Shown: piece by piece, positions 38,464 through 49,175 of the stretch
Layout: every line of letters starts with the position of its first letter
Position numbering within the stretch: the stretch's first letter is position 1
Assembly: GCA_964483625.1 (NCBI GenBank)
Contig: CAZABB010000001.1
Coordinates: 67,222 to 131,221, forward strand
Length of the DNA stretch: 64,000 nt
From: an uncultured Planctomycetia bacterium
GTDB taxonomy: Bacteria; Omnitrophota; Gorgyraeia; Duberdicusellales; 4484-171
Reading direction: 5' to 3'
The notes under the pieces: model-generated
Databases searched by the model: none
What the model was told of the DNA's origin: nothing
Seen by the model: only the letters and a program-made list of their open reading frames with translations
Position numbers and translations under genes: made by a program

Positions 38464-39379
38464 GCATACTCCCGATCATGGTTTTAAGTTTGTTTATCTT
38501 TCTTTTCTTCATATAACGCTTAAGCCCCGAAACAATATCCTTTGCTGCATTCGGTTGCACAAAAGTATACGTCCCGATGCTGACCGCATTGGCGCCGGCC
38601 AGGAAGAATTCAATCGCATCGGCCCCGGAGCTTATCCCGCCGCCGCCGATCACCGCGATATCGACTGAGCGAGATACTTTCCATACGCGGTACAGAGCCA
38701 GAGGTTTGATGGCACATCCTGAATAACCACCATAGATATTACCGAGATACGGCCGCCGGGTCTGGATGTTTATCGCCATACCCAGAAACGTATTCACCAG
38801 AGAAAGGGCATCGGCCCCTCCCCTTTTTGCCGCGGCGGCTACTTTTGTGATATCATCGACCTCAGGCGTAAGTTTCGCGATAAGTGTCCGGCGGGTAAGA
38901 GACCGTAAAGACTTGATATACCGGTACGTAGCGGATGGATCCTGGGAAATCATTTTCTTTAATTGCAGGTTGGGACAGGAAAGGTTTATCTCATAAGCAG
39001 CAACAGTTTTAATCGACTCGAGTTTTTTCAGTACCTGACGATACTCATCGATATTCATTCCGCCGATACTGACGATACACCTTGCCGGTATCTTTTTGAT
39101 CTGAGGGATATACTCTGAGATAAAAGAATCGACCCCCGGATTCTCCAGGCCGATAGAATTAAGCACACCCGCCCCGGTTTCGAAAATACGCGGCGGTTTA
39201 TTGCCCCGGCGCTCTTGGAGCGTAATTGTCTTGGTGATAAATGCACCCAGACAGGAATAATCGGTTAAATTTCGCAGCTCGACCCCATATCCGAATGTTC
39301 CCGAAGCACAGACGACGGGCGTCTTAAGCCGTAACGTTCCGATTTTTGTGCGTATATCCGGTTTTATAGGCATACTCAA
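38456..39379 (-). CDS. pyrD: Dihydroorotate dehydrogenase catalytic subunit (class 1B)
   Basis: ASGTFGYG, NSIGLENPG, EINLSCPN, GGGISSGADA motifs. Adjacent to pyrK. Confidence 0.85.
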   Translation of the reverse strand: MSMPIKPDIRTKIGTLRLKTPVVCASGTFGYGVELRNLTDYSCLGAFITKTITLQERRGNKPPRIFETGAGVLNSIGLENPGVDSFISEYIPQIKKIPARCIVSIGGMNIDEYRQVLKKLESIKTVAAYEINLSCPNLQLKKMISQDPSATYRYIKSLRSLTRRTLIAKLTPEVDDITKVAAAAKRGGADALSLVNTFLGMAINIQTRRPYLGNIYGGYSGCAIKPLALYRVWKVSRSVDIAVIGGGGISSGADAIEFFLAGANAVSIGTYTFVQPNAAKDIVSGLKRYMKKRKINKLKTMIGSMHE

Positions 39380-39381
39380 AT

Positions 39382-39741
39382 TTACTTCCCGATAATCATC
39401 TTTAACGAAACGACAAGCAAAAATATTCCAAATACTTTTTTGAGAAGCGGCGCGCTCAATTTATGAGCGAATTCCGCCCCGAGATATCCGCCGAGGAAGA
39501 AACCGATGCATACAAAAGCCGCCAGAGATATCTTTACATTCCCTTGAGTATAATACCGCATCGCCGCAAGAAGCCCGATCGGGGGGATCATGAGCGCCAG
39601 TGTTGTTCCTTGCGCCTGATGCTGGGTCAGTCCAAACAGAAAAATGAACGCAGGAATCAGTATCGTTCCTCCCCCGATACCCAGAAATCCACTGGCAACT
39701 CCGGCAATCAGCCCTAATATGATATACAGGACAATATGCAT
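39382..39741 (-). CDS. Small TauE/SafE (DUF81)-family membrane protein
   Basis: 119 aa, GFLGIGGGTILIPAFIFLFG motif, four hydrophobic segments. Confidence 0.5.
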   Translation of the reverse strand: MHIVLYIILGLIAGVASGFLGIGGGTILIPAFIFLFGLTQHQAQGTTLALMIPPIGLLAAMRYYTQGNVKISLAAFVCIGFFLGGYLGAEFAHKLSAPLLKKVFGIFLLVVSLKMIIGK

Positions 39742-39807
39742 TCTCTCCTCCTCACCTAGTCTCTGGTTTTCCGTCTATTCGCTAACCGCTATACGCTCGC
39801 CGCTATT

Positions 39808-40959
39808 TTAAAAGCTCGGTTCCACGCAGAAAGTTTTGTATACCCGGGAGCCTTTCAAACCTCCGATAATAAATTTCAAATTGGTCAAGTATTTCATCTT
39901 GGCGAATTCGCGCCATTTATAGTACGGCTGGATGTTGAAACACGTCTTGAAGTATTGGAAAGCCGTATAGAGCATTCCCGCTGCGCTTATCCAACTGGCA
40001 ATACGCAATCCGACCGAATCGAGAAACGCCCATTGCAGAAGGAACGTGGCCAAGAATATGACGGCATACAGATGCATAAGATGAAAATTGCCGATAAACA
40101 TGAACCCTTTGACGGGAAAAGGAAACCTTATCAGGGGATGCCGCGGATACTGGCCGATAAACTGAAAAATGATCTCCATGAAATTCGCCGCATGTTCCCG
40201 TAACAGCGGCGGATGCGCCTGACCGTATGACTGCCATACTTTAAGAAGCGCCTTTAAATCGGCGCGGTGCATATGTTCGACACCGGCTTGGGGCAGAAAA
40301 TAAAACTTCCACCCCTTTTTTCTCACCCGCAGCCCGAAATCCATATCTTCTCCCGTCGGCAATTCCCAGAACCGGCGTTCGGCATCTTCTATTGCCTGTC
40401 GGCGATAGGCAACGTTGGCCGTAACAAAAAAGTAGGCCTGATGGCCGCAGATTTCGGTGGGAACGCATCCATCCAGTTGGGGGAAATACCCTTCCTGCAG
40501 ATTGCCGTATCGCCAGGCAACCCGGTTGAAACCGAATGCTTCACAGTAGATTTCCACCAGGTTTTCCGGATCGACACGCAATGTATATATTTCTCCGCCT
40601 ATCGCGCCGATCTTTTCATCTTTTCGGAATACATCGAGCGTTTTATGGATCCAGTCCCGGCAGGGAGCGCAGTCCCCATCGGTAAAAAAGACATATTCTC
40701 CCTCGGCGTGCCGCAGGGCCTGAGTCCGGGCATATCCGGGAGAAGGACAATCCTGTATTTCGATTAATTTGATAAACGGGTTTTCATTCTGATAATTTCT
40801 GATAATCGGAATGGTATTGTCGGTGCTTCCGCCGTCGGCGAAAACGATCTCCCAGCGGTCACGCGGATAATCCACGTTCATCAGGTATTCAAACGTCTTA
40901 CCAATGGTTCGTTCCATATTTCTTACCGGGACGATAATCGATACAAAGGGAGCATCCAT
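39808..40959 (-). CDS. Glycosyltransferase family 2 with C-terminal membrane domain, embedded in the pyrK-pyrD-pyrF gene string
   Basis: VSIIVPVRNMERTI...FADGGSTDNT...FFTDGDCAP (GT2 DxD), C-terminal TM segments. Confidence 0.75.
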   Translation of the reverse strand: MDAPFVSIIVPVRNMERTIGKTFEYLMNVDYPRDRWEIVFADGGSTDNTIPIIRNYQNENPFIKLIEIQDCPSPGYARTQALRHAEGEYVFFTDGDCAPCRDWIHKTLDVFRKDEKIGAIGGEIYTLRVDPENLVEIYCEAFGFNRVAWRYGNLQEGYFPQLDGCVPTEICGHQAYFFVTANVAYRRQAIEDAERRFWELPTGEDMDFGLRVRKKGWKFYFLPQAGVEHMHRADLKALLKVWQSYGQAHPPLLREHAANFMEIIFQFIGQYPRHPLIRFPFPVKGFMFIGNFHLMHLYAVIFLATFLLQWAFLDSVGLRIASWISAAGMLYTAFQYFKTCFNIQPYYKWREFAKMKYLTNLKFIIGGLKGSRVYKTFCVEPSF

Positions 40960-41153
40960 ACCTTATCCTCCTTTAATGACCCCGATGCCCATCGGGGGAA
41001 TTAAACCCCGCCCTCTAAGCTGACATCTCGAGCGAAGTCTCCCAAAAACCTCTATCTTTGATTTCACCCCGCTTTCTATAATGCTATACTGCATAGAGGG
41101 CGGGGTCAAATTCGACTATGGATTTTTTCACCTACGCTTTAAAAATCCAAGTC

Positions 41154-41960
41154 TTATTTGAAAATTTCTTTTATATCAAATACGGGACCGTCTTTACAAA
41201 CCCTTTTATACCCCCGGGGAGTGTCAATGACGCACCCCAGGCAAATACCTATCCCGCAGCCCATAAACTGTTCAAAAGAAACTTCGCATTCACAAAACGG
41301 GTATGCTTTCAAAAAACTCGCACATTCGCGAAACATTTCTGCCGGACCGCAGGCATATATTTTCACCCGCGGCTTTTTCTTCTTTATCTTCTCAAGCTCG
41401 GCTTCTAACGCGGTCAACGCCGTACCCCGGAGTCCGAGCGTACCGTCTTCGGTGGCAACGGCAACCTTGAACGAATTCTTTACGAACTCCTGCCGGCAAA
41501 GCACATCTTTTTTTGTCCTGGCCCCCAGAAACGCTTTTTGTATCGCCCGGCGCGACGCTGCCTTCCGCGCGATCGCAGACGATAAAAATACAAGCGGCGC
41601 GACGCCCATACCGCCGGCCACCAGAAAAACATGAGAATAAGATCCCGACCCGTCTAAAGAAAAACCCCTTCCTAACGGGCCGATGATATCCAGATTCTCA
41701 CCGCGCCGGTATTGCGCCAGAAGCTCAGTCCCCCGTCCTACGACCTTAAACAAGACAGACACGTCTTTTCCTTTTATTTTATGGATACTGAACGGCCGGC
41801 GTAAGAGGCTCCCCTTCCCGATATGGAGATGAATAAACTGCCCCGGACGGGCTCTTTTGGCTAATGCCGGGGCCGAGAAAGAAAGCAGATAGGTCTGAGG
41901 CGCGATCTTTTTGACCGTTTTGGTCGGGCAATGAATATTTTTTGCCTTCATCGTGGCCAT
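41154..41960 (-). CDS. pyrK: Dihydroorotate dehydrogenase electron-transfer subunit
   Basis: FAD/NAD-binding ferredoxin-reductase-like fold, C-terminal 2Fe-2S ligands CECE...CGIGICLGC. Confidence 0.8.
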   Translation of the reverse strand: MATMKAKNIHCPTKTVKKIAPQTYLLSFSAPALAKRARPGQFIHLHIGKGSLLRRPFSIHKIKGKDVSVLFKVVGRGTELLAQYRRGENLDIIGPLGRGFSLDGSGSYSHVFLVAGGMGVAPLVFLSSAIARKAASRRAIQKAFLGARTKKDVLCRQEFVKNSFKVAVATEDGTLGLRGTALTALEAELEKIKKKKPRVKIYACGPAEMFRECASFLKAYPFCECEVSFEQFMGCGIGICLGCVIDTPRGYKRVCKDGPVFDIKEIFK

Positions 41961-42039
41961 ACCCTTTCTATTCTTTTCGAGAAGAGATGTTTATGTTTAT
42001 CGAGTATTGATTCCATTGTAACGGAGGGGATTTGACTTC

Positions 42040-43923
42040 TCAAACATTTTTTTCCGCATACCGGGCCGGCAGAGATTCGACCCGGGCCTCAAGTAACCCT
42101 CGCACCGAATTGCCTACATACATCGCATCGGCATCAAGAAGGTCCCTGCGGGTAAGTATTTTTTCCTCGACACGCGATTGCCGCAGGAATTCTTCCCGTA
42201 ATACGCCGGGAAGCAGACCGCATTTCACCGGAGGTGTAAAGAGTCTGCCGTGTTTCTTAAGAAAAATATTGGTCATGGCCCCTTCGGTCAGCTCCCCCTT
42301 TTGATTAAAAAATATGACTTCGAAAAAGCCGCGGCGACGAGCCCGGGCCTGTTCGGATTCATACATCTGCCGACAGGTCGTTTTGTGATAAAGAAAACCT
42401 GAGCGGGGATCGACCATCGTCGAGCTGATCGAAACCTTAACCGGCTCACCCGTCTCTTCTAAAATATCATAGGTAACAATCGCTTTTCCCGAAAGTTTCC
42501 AGAGCAGGCGCACTTTATAGGCCTTATGAGGCGAGAAGTTTTCGGCAGCCTGATGTAAACGCGTGATAATCCGTTCCCGGTCATAGAGCCGGCCGAACCA
42601 GGCACAGGAATTGCTCAGACGGTTCAAATGAAGATCGAGAAACCGGTAGCCGTTGTGATCCCAACGGATCGTCTCGATCAGAGAGAATTCCTGATGTGGG
42701 TTCAAGAAAAACTGGGCTTTCAGCATCGCCTCTTCAAATTCCTGCTGATCTATCGAGTCATAGACAATCCCGCCCCCGGTCCCGATCTCACACGTTTTCT
42801 TTGATGTATTGACCGCGAGCGTCCGGATGGCGACATTGAAACAGGCTTGCCCGCCGGGAGAAATATAACCGATCGAACCGGTATAAATACCCCGCGGTTC
42901 TTTCTCCAGTTGACGGATAATCTGCATGGTCCGCACTTTCGGCGCTCCGGTTACCGATCCGGAGGGGAAAAGCGCGTTCAATACATCGGGGGTATCGCAC
43001 CGTGGGGAAAGCCGCGCCCGGACCGATGAAGTCATCTGATAAAGCGTCGGGTATTCCTCTATGGTAAAAAGTTCATCGACTCCGACCTTTTTCACTCCGG
43101 CGATCCTGCCCAGATCATTTCTCAGCAGGTCGACAATCATCACGTTTTCCGCCTGTATTTTCGCATCATGCGCAAACCGCAGTTTATACCGGAGATCTTC
43201 TTCCGGACACCTGCCCCGCCGAATCGTACCTTTCATCGGCCGCGTATCAATACGGTCCCGATCCCGGCGGAAAAAGAGTTCCGGGGAAAACGAAAGAAAA
43301 TCTTCGTTCCCGGTATGGATATACGCGCTGTAAGCCGTCGGCTGTTTTTTACGCAAAGAAAGGTAAAGTTTCCCGGCATCACAGACGAATTGTTCGGATT
43401 TTAATTTAAACGTATAATTCACCTGATAGGTTTCCCCGTTTTCGAGATGATTCTTAATCCGGCCGATGGCCTCCACGTAATCCCTATGGGTAATGTTGGG
43501 GAAAACATGAAAGGAGAGAGGATCGTCAACGGAGTCATCCGGTTTATCCGGTTTAAGCCGCCGGTGATCGAACACAACCGGTTTCCTACAAACCCCCAGC
43601 CAGGCGAGAGGGTAAGGCAATTCATCCGGGATCAGACTGGCGAGCTTCTTCTCAAGAAGATATCCGAACTCATAGCTGAAAAAACCGCACAGCCAGTTTC
43701 CTTGGCGAAGGCATCTCCGGATATCTTTAAAAAAACCATCGAGAGAATCTCCCGGGCGGAATGTAATGATCTCCTGAAACCGAGAGAAAAGAAACGAACG
43801 GTAATTGCGGGCATCAGGCTTTGCTGTTTCTAAAAACACAAACGGCTCATGACGCGGAACCTTAAGGATCTCCGCGACTTTCTGCCGTGACAACGGGTAG
43901 GTAGTTTTTCGCTTTATTCTCAT
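42040..43923 (-). CDS. pabB: Fused aminodeoxychorismate synthase component I (PabB) / aminodeoxychorismate lyase (PabC, class IV aminotransferase fold)
   Basis: Chorismate-binding core (SGSVTGAPKVRTMQIIRQLEKEPRGIYTGSIGYISPGG) in residues ~1-450. C-terminal ~170 aa show class-IV PLP fold motifs (EVIFFNQKGELTEGAMTNIF, LLPGVLRE). Confidence 0.7.
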   Translation of the reverse strand: MRIKRKTTYPLSRQKVAEILKVPRHEPFVFLETAKPDARNYRSFLFSRFQEIITFRPGDSLDGFFKDIRRCLRQGNWLCGFFSYEFGYLLEKKLASLIPDELPYPLAWLGVCRKPVVFDHRRLKPDKPDDSVDDPLSFHVFPNITHRDYVEAIGRIKNHLENGETYQVNYTFKLKSEQFVCDAGKLYLSLRKKQPTAYSAYIHTGNEDFLSFSPELFFRRDRDRIDTRPMKGTIRRGRCPEEDLRYKLRFAHDAKIQAENVMIVDLLRNDLGRIAGVKKVGVDELFTIEEYPTLYQMTSSVRARLSPRCDTPDVLNALFPSGSVTGAPKVRTMQIIRQLEKEPRGIYTGSIGYISPGGQACFNVAIRTLAVNTSKKTCEIGTGGGIVYDSIDQQEFEEAMLKAQFFLNPHQEFSLIETIRWDHNGYRFLDLHLNRLSNSCAWFGRLYDRERIITRLHQAAENFSPHKAYKVRLLWKLSGKAIVTYDILEETGEPVKVSISSTMVDPRSGFLYHKTTCRQMYESEQARARRRGFFEVIFFNQKGELTEGAMTNIFLKKHGRLFTPPVKCGLLPGVLREEFLRQSRVEEKILTRRDLLDADAMYVGNSVRGLLEARVESLPARYAEKNV

Positions 43924-43926
43924 AGG

Positions 43927-44730
43927 TTACCTTTGACAACCCGGGCAGAAGCATGTCCCCCGGCCGCCGATAACGGTTTTTACGATCTTTCTCTTACACC
44001 GCCGACACCGTTGTCCGCGCCGCTGATAGACACAGAGATGCCGGACATATTCACCCCCTGATCCATCCGTCTGACGATAGGTCCGGGCCGTTGTCCCGCA
44101 TTTTTTAATTGACCGGGTTAAAATCGATCGCAGGCATCGTCTTAAGTTTTTCAGTTCCTTTTGGTTCAATGAATCCGCCCGACGTTCAGGATGAATACCG
44201 GCGCGAAATAAAGCTTCCTGGGCATAAATGTTACCGATGCCGGCAAGAAGCGATTGATCCATTAACAGCGGTTTGATCTTACCTGATCTGGTTTGAAATA
44301 TATTCATGAACTCTTTTGCCGATACCTCCAGCGGTTCCGGGCCCATACGACGGATGAGCGATACCTCATCCAGAGTACGCACCAAACGCACCTCACCGAG
44401 AACACGCGAGTCGCAGAACTGGATCATCTCCGCGCCCGCTGCGTGCAGACAGAGCCGGGCGTAACGGTCTACGGTATCATCCTGCACAATCCACCCGCTT
44501 ATCCGTAAATGGATAACAAGAAACCCGCGGGAAGAAAGCTCGAGAATAATCAATTTACCCCGGCGAACGACCGACTGAATAGTTTTCCCTTTAAGCCCGC
44601 GGACCAATGCCTCTATCGCCACGCCCTTGACAATGCGGGGATCAAGGATATCGATTTTCGTAATCTTTAACGGGACAGCGCTCACGGCAAGCTGGCGGCA
44701 GACGGTTTCTACTTCTGGTAACTCCGGCAT
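43927..44730 (-). CDS. mutM: Formamidopyrimidine-DNA glycosylase
   Basis: MPELPEVETV N-terminus, C-terminal zinc finger CRRCKRKI...CPGCQ. Confidence 0.9.
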   Translation of the reverse strand: MPELPEVETVCRQLAVSAVPLKITKIDILDPRIVKGVAIEALVRGLKGKTIQSVVRRGKLIILELSSRGFLVIHLRISGWIVQDDTVDRYARLCLHAAGAEMIQFCDSRVLGEVRLVRTLDEVSLIRRMGPEPLEVSAKEFMNIFQTRSGKIKPLLMDQSLLAGIGNIYAQEALFRAGIHPERRADSLNQKELKNLRRCLRSILTRSIKKCGTTARTYRQTDGSGGEYVRHLCVYQRRGQRCRRCKRKIVKTVIGGRGTCFCPGCQR

Positions 44731-44739
44731 ATTGTTTCG

Positions 44740-45150
44740 TTATGTATTACGGATGATCTGAACCCACACGGTTCTCGAACGCGGGCCGTCGAACTCACAA
44801 AAATATACCCCCTGCCACGTCCCCAGCCGTAAAGTTCCCCCTTGAACGATAACCTGCAGAGAATTCCCCAGTAAAGAGGATTTAATATGAGCATCGGAGT
44901 TCCCCTCTCGGTGCGTATACGCCTGGCTTTGGGGAACAAGTTTTCGCAGGTATGAGATCATGTCCCGGCGTACGCACGCATCGGCATCTTCGTTTATCGT
45001 CAAAGCCGCAGTCGTATGAGGGCAGAAAACAAAACACACTCCGTTTTCAACCTTTTCTTTATGCACCGCCTCCGCCACAAGCTGGGTAATATCAATGAAT
45101 TCTTCCCGGGACCGGGTTGTAACAGGAAATTGCATCATACCGTTACCCAA
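44740..45150 (-). CDS. yjbQ: YjbQ/UPF0047 family protein (secondary thiamine-phosphate synthase-like)
   Basis: 136 aa, CFVFCPHTTAALTINEDAD motif typical of the family. Confidence 0.7.
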   Translation of the reverse strand: MGNGMMQFPVTTRSREEFIDITQLVAEAVHKEKVENGVCFVFCPHTTAALTINEDADACVRRDMISYLRKLVPQSQAYTHREGNSDAHIKSSLLGNSLQVIVQGGTLRLGTWQGVYFCEFDGPRSRTVWVQIIRNT

Positions 45151-45409
45151 AACGCTGGAGAGACCACAAAACGAATAACGCCATGACCAGAAGGATCAAT
45201 CCCCATTTTAATACCGGATGCCTCCTGCGACTGCGATCCACATTGCGGCCGCAATAATAACAGGTAATCGCGTCGCGGGGAATAGGCTGTGCGCAATGAG
45301 GACAGGGTTTCATGGTATTGTAATCGTTCGCTTCGGGAAATTCTTCGGCCGAAGAAAACTGGAAAGAATCATTTTCCATGCTCGACTCCGAAGTTCTGAT
45401 ATATCCCAT
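45143..45409 (-). CDS. Small zinc-ribbon membrane protein (hypothetical)
   Basis: CPHCAQPI...CYYCGR zinc ribbon followed by a single TM helix (WGLILLVMALFVLW). Overlaps the dcd 3' end by 40 nt. Coding status is uncertain. Confidence 0.4.
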   Translation of the reverse strand: MGYIRTSESSMENDSFQFSSAEEFPEANDYNTMKPCPHCAQPIPRDAITCYYCGRNVDRSRRRHPVLKWGLILLVMALFVLWSLQRFG

Positions 45410-45896
45410 TATACGCTCTGGTTGCCTCGATCGGAATGAATACGAGCTGGATGAGCCGGGCGTTCTGTTTTATATCTATTCCCGCTTCATTTGCGACAAC
45501 CAGTAAAAACTCGCTCCTGCCGCAGAATCCCGCGTCCCACACTCCGTTCTGAGCAAAAGCCCCCATGCGTAACAGCGACGTCCGGGAAAAGGCCCAGGCG
45601 ATCATGTTCACCGGCATATGCACCGTTTCGTTGGTACGAACTTTATACGTTCCTGGGGACAGATGCCACCAGCCGAATGGATCATCGGGATTCTTTTTCT
45701 TACACGTCACCACCTGGCCCGGGGGGATAACTCTTTCCGAATTGGAAAAATCAAGAGAGCCTTTTCGGTTCAAGGAGAATATCTCTGCGGCCGTAAGGTC
45801 GAATCCGTTAGGAGTAATCTGCTTATCAAGATGAATATATCCTTCGATCAGATTCTCTTTTTCGATAAGCTTTTTAATCTGTTCCCTGTTGAGCAT
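45369..45896 (-). CDS. dcd: dCTP deaminase / dUTPase-fold protein
   Basis: 175 aa, beta-barrel dUTPase-like fold (ITPNGFDLTAAEIF, SRTSLLRMGAF). Confidence 0.6.
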   Translation of the reverse strand: MLNREQIKKLIEKENLIEGYIHLDKQITPNGFDLTAAEIFSLNRKGSLDFSNSERVIPPGQVVTCKKKNPDDPFGWWHLSPGTYKVRTNETVHMPVNMIAWAFSRTSLLRMGAFAQNGVWDAGFCGRSEFLLVVANEAGIDIKQNARLIQLVFIPIEATRAYNGIYQNFGVEHGK

Positions 45897-45918
45897 GGTA
45901 TTAATTTTGTGCGAGTTC

Positions 45919-48900
45919 TTACGAACGAACAGCGCGCTCTATTTCCCGATGGTAATTCTGAATGCTTTTTACTTTCAGATCTTCTTTGTGCAACATCTCA
46001 ATCGCCGTCGTCGACGCGATTGCTCCGGCGACCGTTGTTACCACGGGGATATTGTATAAAACCGTCGCGCTGCGTATGGTTATCTCATCTTTACGCGGGA
46101 TCCTTCCCGAAGGGGTATTAATAATCAACTGGACATCCCGGTTTTTTATGTAATCCAGGATGTTCGGCCGTCCCTCGGAAAGTTTGGGTAACACCTCTAC
46201 CTCCAATCCATGATCTCGCAAGGCACGCCCGGTCCCTTCGGTGCTGAGAATCTGAAAATTAAGATTCTTAAGTCGTTTGGCTATCGGGAGAATTGCCGGT
46301 TTATCCTTTTCTTTCACCGAGATAAATACTTTACCTTCTTTAGGAAGAAATTGTGATGCCGCCAGCTGGCTTTTCAGGTAGGCGTACCCGAAATCGCTGT
46401 CGATTCCCATAACCTCGCCCGTCGAACGCATCTCCGGCCCCAGAATAATGTCCACGCCAAAAAAACGGTTAAAGGGAAACACCGATTCTTTTATGCACCG
46501 GTAGGGAGGGACTATTTCTTTGGTAAACCCGACCTCTTGCAAGGTCTTGCCGGCCATCACCTTGGCGGCGAACTTCGCCAGAGGGATTCCTACCGCTTTG
46601 GAAATAAACGGCACCGTACGCGAGGCGCGGGGATTGACTTCAATGACATAAAGATGATTATCTTTAACGGCAAACTGAATATTCATCAACCCGACGATAC
46701 GGAGTTCTCGAGCCAGGGCATAACTTGCCTCTCTGACTTTTTCCAGCATTTCTTGCGACAGGCTGAAGGTCGGCAGACACATTGCGCTGTCGCCGGAATG
46801 AATGCCTGCTTCTTCGATATGCTCGAGGATCCCCCCGATAACAAAGGTTGTCCCGTCACCGATAAGATCGACATCAACCTCAATGGCATCTTCCAGGAAC
46901 GTATCGATGAGGATTGTCTGATTCATCGAAGAACGCAGGGCGTTATTGACGAAACTTTCCAGCGATTCGGCGTCATAGACGATTTCCATCGCCCGGCCGC
47001 CCAGCACGTAGGAAGGCCTTACCAGGACCGGATACCCAAGCTTCCGGGCGAACCTTTTGGCTTCTTTGATTGAATGCGCGATGCCGCTTGCCGGCTGCCT
47101 GAGTTCCAGCTTGAGTAACATTTCCCGGAATTTATCGCGGTCTTCGGCACGATCAATATGTTTGGCCTTTGTCCCCAGAATCGAAACGCCTTCCTTCTCC
47201 AGGCCCAACGCTAAGTTGAGCGGGGTCTGCCCTCCGAATTGCAGAATCACCCCGGAAGGATTTTCCTTCTGTACGATATTCATCACGTCTTCTAACGTGA
47301 TCGGTTCAAAGTAGAGCTTATCGGAGGTATCATAGTCGGTCGATACGGTTTCGGGGTTACAGTTAACCATGATAACCTCGATGTTCTCCTCCTTCAGAGA
47401 GAAGGCCGCATGCACACAGCAATAGTCGAACTCGATACCTTGTCCGATACGGTTGGGTCCGCCGCCTAAAATCATCACTTTTTTTCTTTGAGAAGAACGG
47501 ACTTCGCATTCGGTCTCGTATGTAGAGTAATAGTACGGGGTCCGGGCATGAAATTCCGCAGCACAGGTATCGACAAGTTTATACGTTGTTTGAACGCGAT
47601 GCTTCTTGCGTAACCGGCGTATTTTCTTCTCCGGTACGCCGGTCAGCTTTCCCAGGTATGCATCCGAAAATCCGTATTGCTTAGCCTGACGCAAAGAATG
47701 TGCGGTCACTTTTTTCGCCGCGCGCAAAAACTGTTCCCTATCGATAATTTCCTTCATATTATGCAAAAACCAGGTGTCGATTTTAGTCAGCGCGTAGATC
47801 TCATTGACGGTATATCCGGCACGGAACGCGTCGGCAATAGCAAACAGCCGTTTTTCGTTGGGGACAACCAGATATTCCTTTATCTTATCCTTTACGTGCT
47901 GCTCTGCCATATCTCTCTGCTCGAACAAAGAGCCGAATCCGCACTCTCCGATCTCTAAGGCCCGAACGCCTTTCTGGAGCGCTTCCTTAAACGTACGCCC
48001 GATAGCCATTACTTCTCCCACCGACTTCATCGACGTCGTAAGGGTAGGATTAGCGCCGGGAAACTTCTCGAACGTAAACCGGGGGATCTTTACCACGCAA
48101 TAATCCAGTGCCGGCTCAAAAGACGCCGGGGTCTCTCCGGTAATATCGTTGGGAATTTCATCCAGCGTATACCCCACCGCAAGCTTCGCCGCGATCTTGG
48201 CGATAGGGAACCCCGTAGCCTTGGAAGCCAGAGCCGAAGAACGCGACACCCGCGGATTCATCTCGATAATTACCATCCGGCCGTCGGCGGGATTGACAGC
48301 AAACTGAACATTACTCCCTCCAGTCTCAACGCCGATAGCCCGAATGGTTTTTATCGTTGCCGTTCTCATTTTTTGATATTGAATATCGGTCAGCGTCTGC
48401 ACCGGGGCAACCGTGATGGAATCACCGGTATGCACCCCCATCGGGTCGAAATTCTCTATCGAGCAGACGATAACAACATTGTCTTTTTTATCCCGCATGA
48501 CCTCAAGTTCGAATTCCTTCCAGCCCAGAAGGCTTTCCTCGATAAGCACCTCCCGGATGAGGCTTAAATCCACCCCGCGCGTAACCAATTCCTTGAATTC
48601 TTCCTTGTTATAGGCAATCCCGCCCCCGGTACCTCCCAGAGTAAATGCGGGACGGATCACACAGGGTAATCCGATATACTCAAGGACTTCCTCGGCTTCT
48701 TGCAAGGAATAGACTGTTTTGGACCGGGGAAGATCAATCCCCGCTTTATACATTGTTTCCTTAAAAAGCTCGCGGTCCTCAGCCCGGGCAATAACGTCCT
48801 CATTGGCTCCAATAAGCTCAACATTATGTCTTTTGAATACCCCCTGTTTGGACGCCTCAAAAGCGACATTGAGCGCCGTTTGCCCCCCTAATGTCGGCAG

Positions 48901-49158
48901 GCAGGCGTCGGGTTTTTCCTCAATGATAATTTTCTCCAGGACCTCGACCGTAATCGGCTCAATGTAGGTAGCGTCGGCGAATTCAGGATCGGTCATAATC
49001 GTCGCCGGATTGGAATTCAATAACACAACTTTATACCCTTCCTGGCGGAGAGCTTTACAGGCCTGCGCTCCCGAATAATCAAATTCGCACGCCTGGCTGA
49101 TAATGATCGGGCCGGAGCCGATAATAAGAATCTTTTCCAAATCATTCCGTTTCCCCAT
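45919..49158 (-). CDS. carB: Carbamoyl-phosphate synthase large subunit
   Basis: 1079 aa, duplicated ATP-grasp halves and MGS-like C-terminus. Upstream of carA, as in the canonical carAB arrangement. Confidence 0.95.
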   Translation of the reverse strand: MGKRNDLEKILIIGSGPIIISQACEFDYSGAQACKALRQEGYKVVLLNSNPATIMTDPEFADATYIEPITVEVLEKIIIEEKPDACLPTLGGQTALNVAFEASKQGVFKRHNVELIGANEDVIARAEDRELFKETMYKAGIDLPRSKTVYSLQEAEEVLEYIGLPCVIRPAFTLGGTGGGIAYNKEEFKELVTRGVDLSLIREVLIEESLLGWKEFELEVMRDKKDNVVIVCSIENFDPMGVHTGDSITVAPVQTLTDIQYQKMRTATIKTIRAIGVETGGSNVQFAVNPADGRMVIIEMNPRVSRSSALASKATGFPIAKIAAKLAVGYTLDEIPNDITGETPASFEPALDYCVVKIPRFTFEKFPGANPTLTTSMKSVGEVMAIGRTFKEALQKGVRALEIGECGFGSLFEQRDMAEQHVKDKIKEYLVVPNEKRLFAIADAFRAGYTVNEIYALTKIDTWFLHNMKEIIDREQFLRAAKKVTAHSLRQAKQYGFSDAYLGKLTGVPEKKIRRLRKKHRVQTTYKLVDTCAAEFHARTPYYYSTYETECEVRSSQRKKVMILGGGPNRIGQGIEFDYCCVHAAFSLKEENIEVIMVNCNPETVSTDYDTSDKLYFEPITLEDVMNIVQKENPSGVILQFGGQTPLNLALGLEKEGVSILGTKAKHIDRAEDRDKFREMLLKLELRQPASGIAHSIKEAKRFARKLGYPVLVRPSYVLGGRAMEIVYDAESLESFVNNALRSSMNQTILIDTFLEDAIEVDVDLIGDGTTFVIGGILEHIEEAGIHSGDSAMCLPTFSLSQEMLEKVREASYALARELRIVGLMNIQFAVKDNHLYVIEVNPRASRTVPFISKAVGIPLAKFAAKVMAGKTLQEVGFTKEIVPPYRCIKESVFPFNRFFGVDIILGPEMRSTGEVMGIDSDFGYAYLKSQLAASQFLPKEGKVFISVKEKDKPAILPIAKRLKNLNFQILSTEGTGRALRDHGLEVEVLPKLSEGRPNILDYIKNRDVQLIINTPSGRIPRKDEITIRSATVLYNIPVVTTVAGAIASTTAIEMLHKEDLKVKSIQNYHREIERAVRS

Positions 49159-49175
49159 AGTCGATTTTTCCTTTC

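Noticed and set aside
40267-40767. 166-aa plus-strand ORF
   Set aside because: It is antisense to the GT2 gene 39808..40959. It is a shadow ORF.
46537-47073. 178-aa plus-strand ORF and several others inside carB (46..49 kb)
   Set aside because: They are antisense to the highly conserved carbamoyl-phosphate synthase large subunit. They are shadow ORFs.
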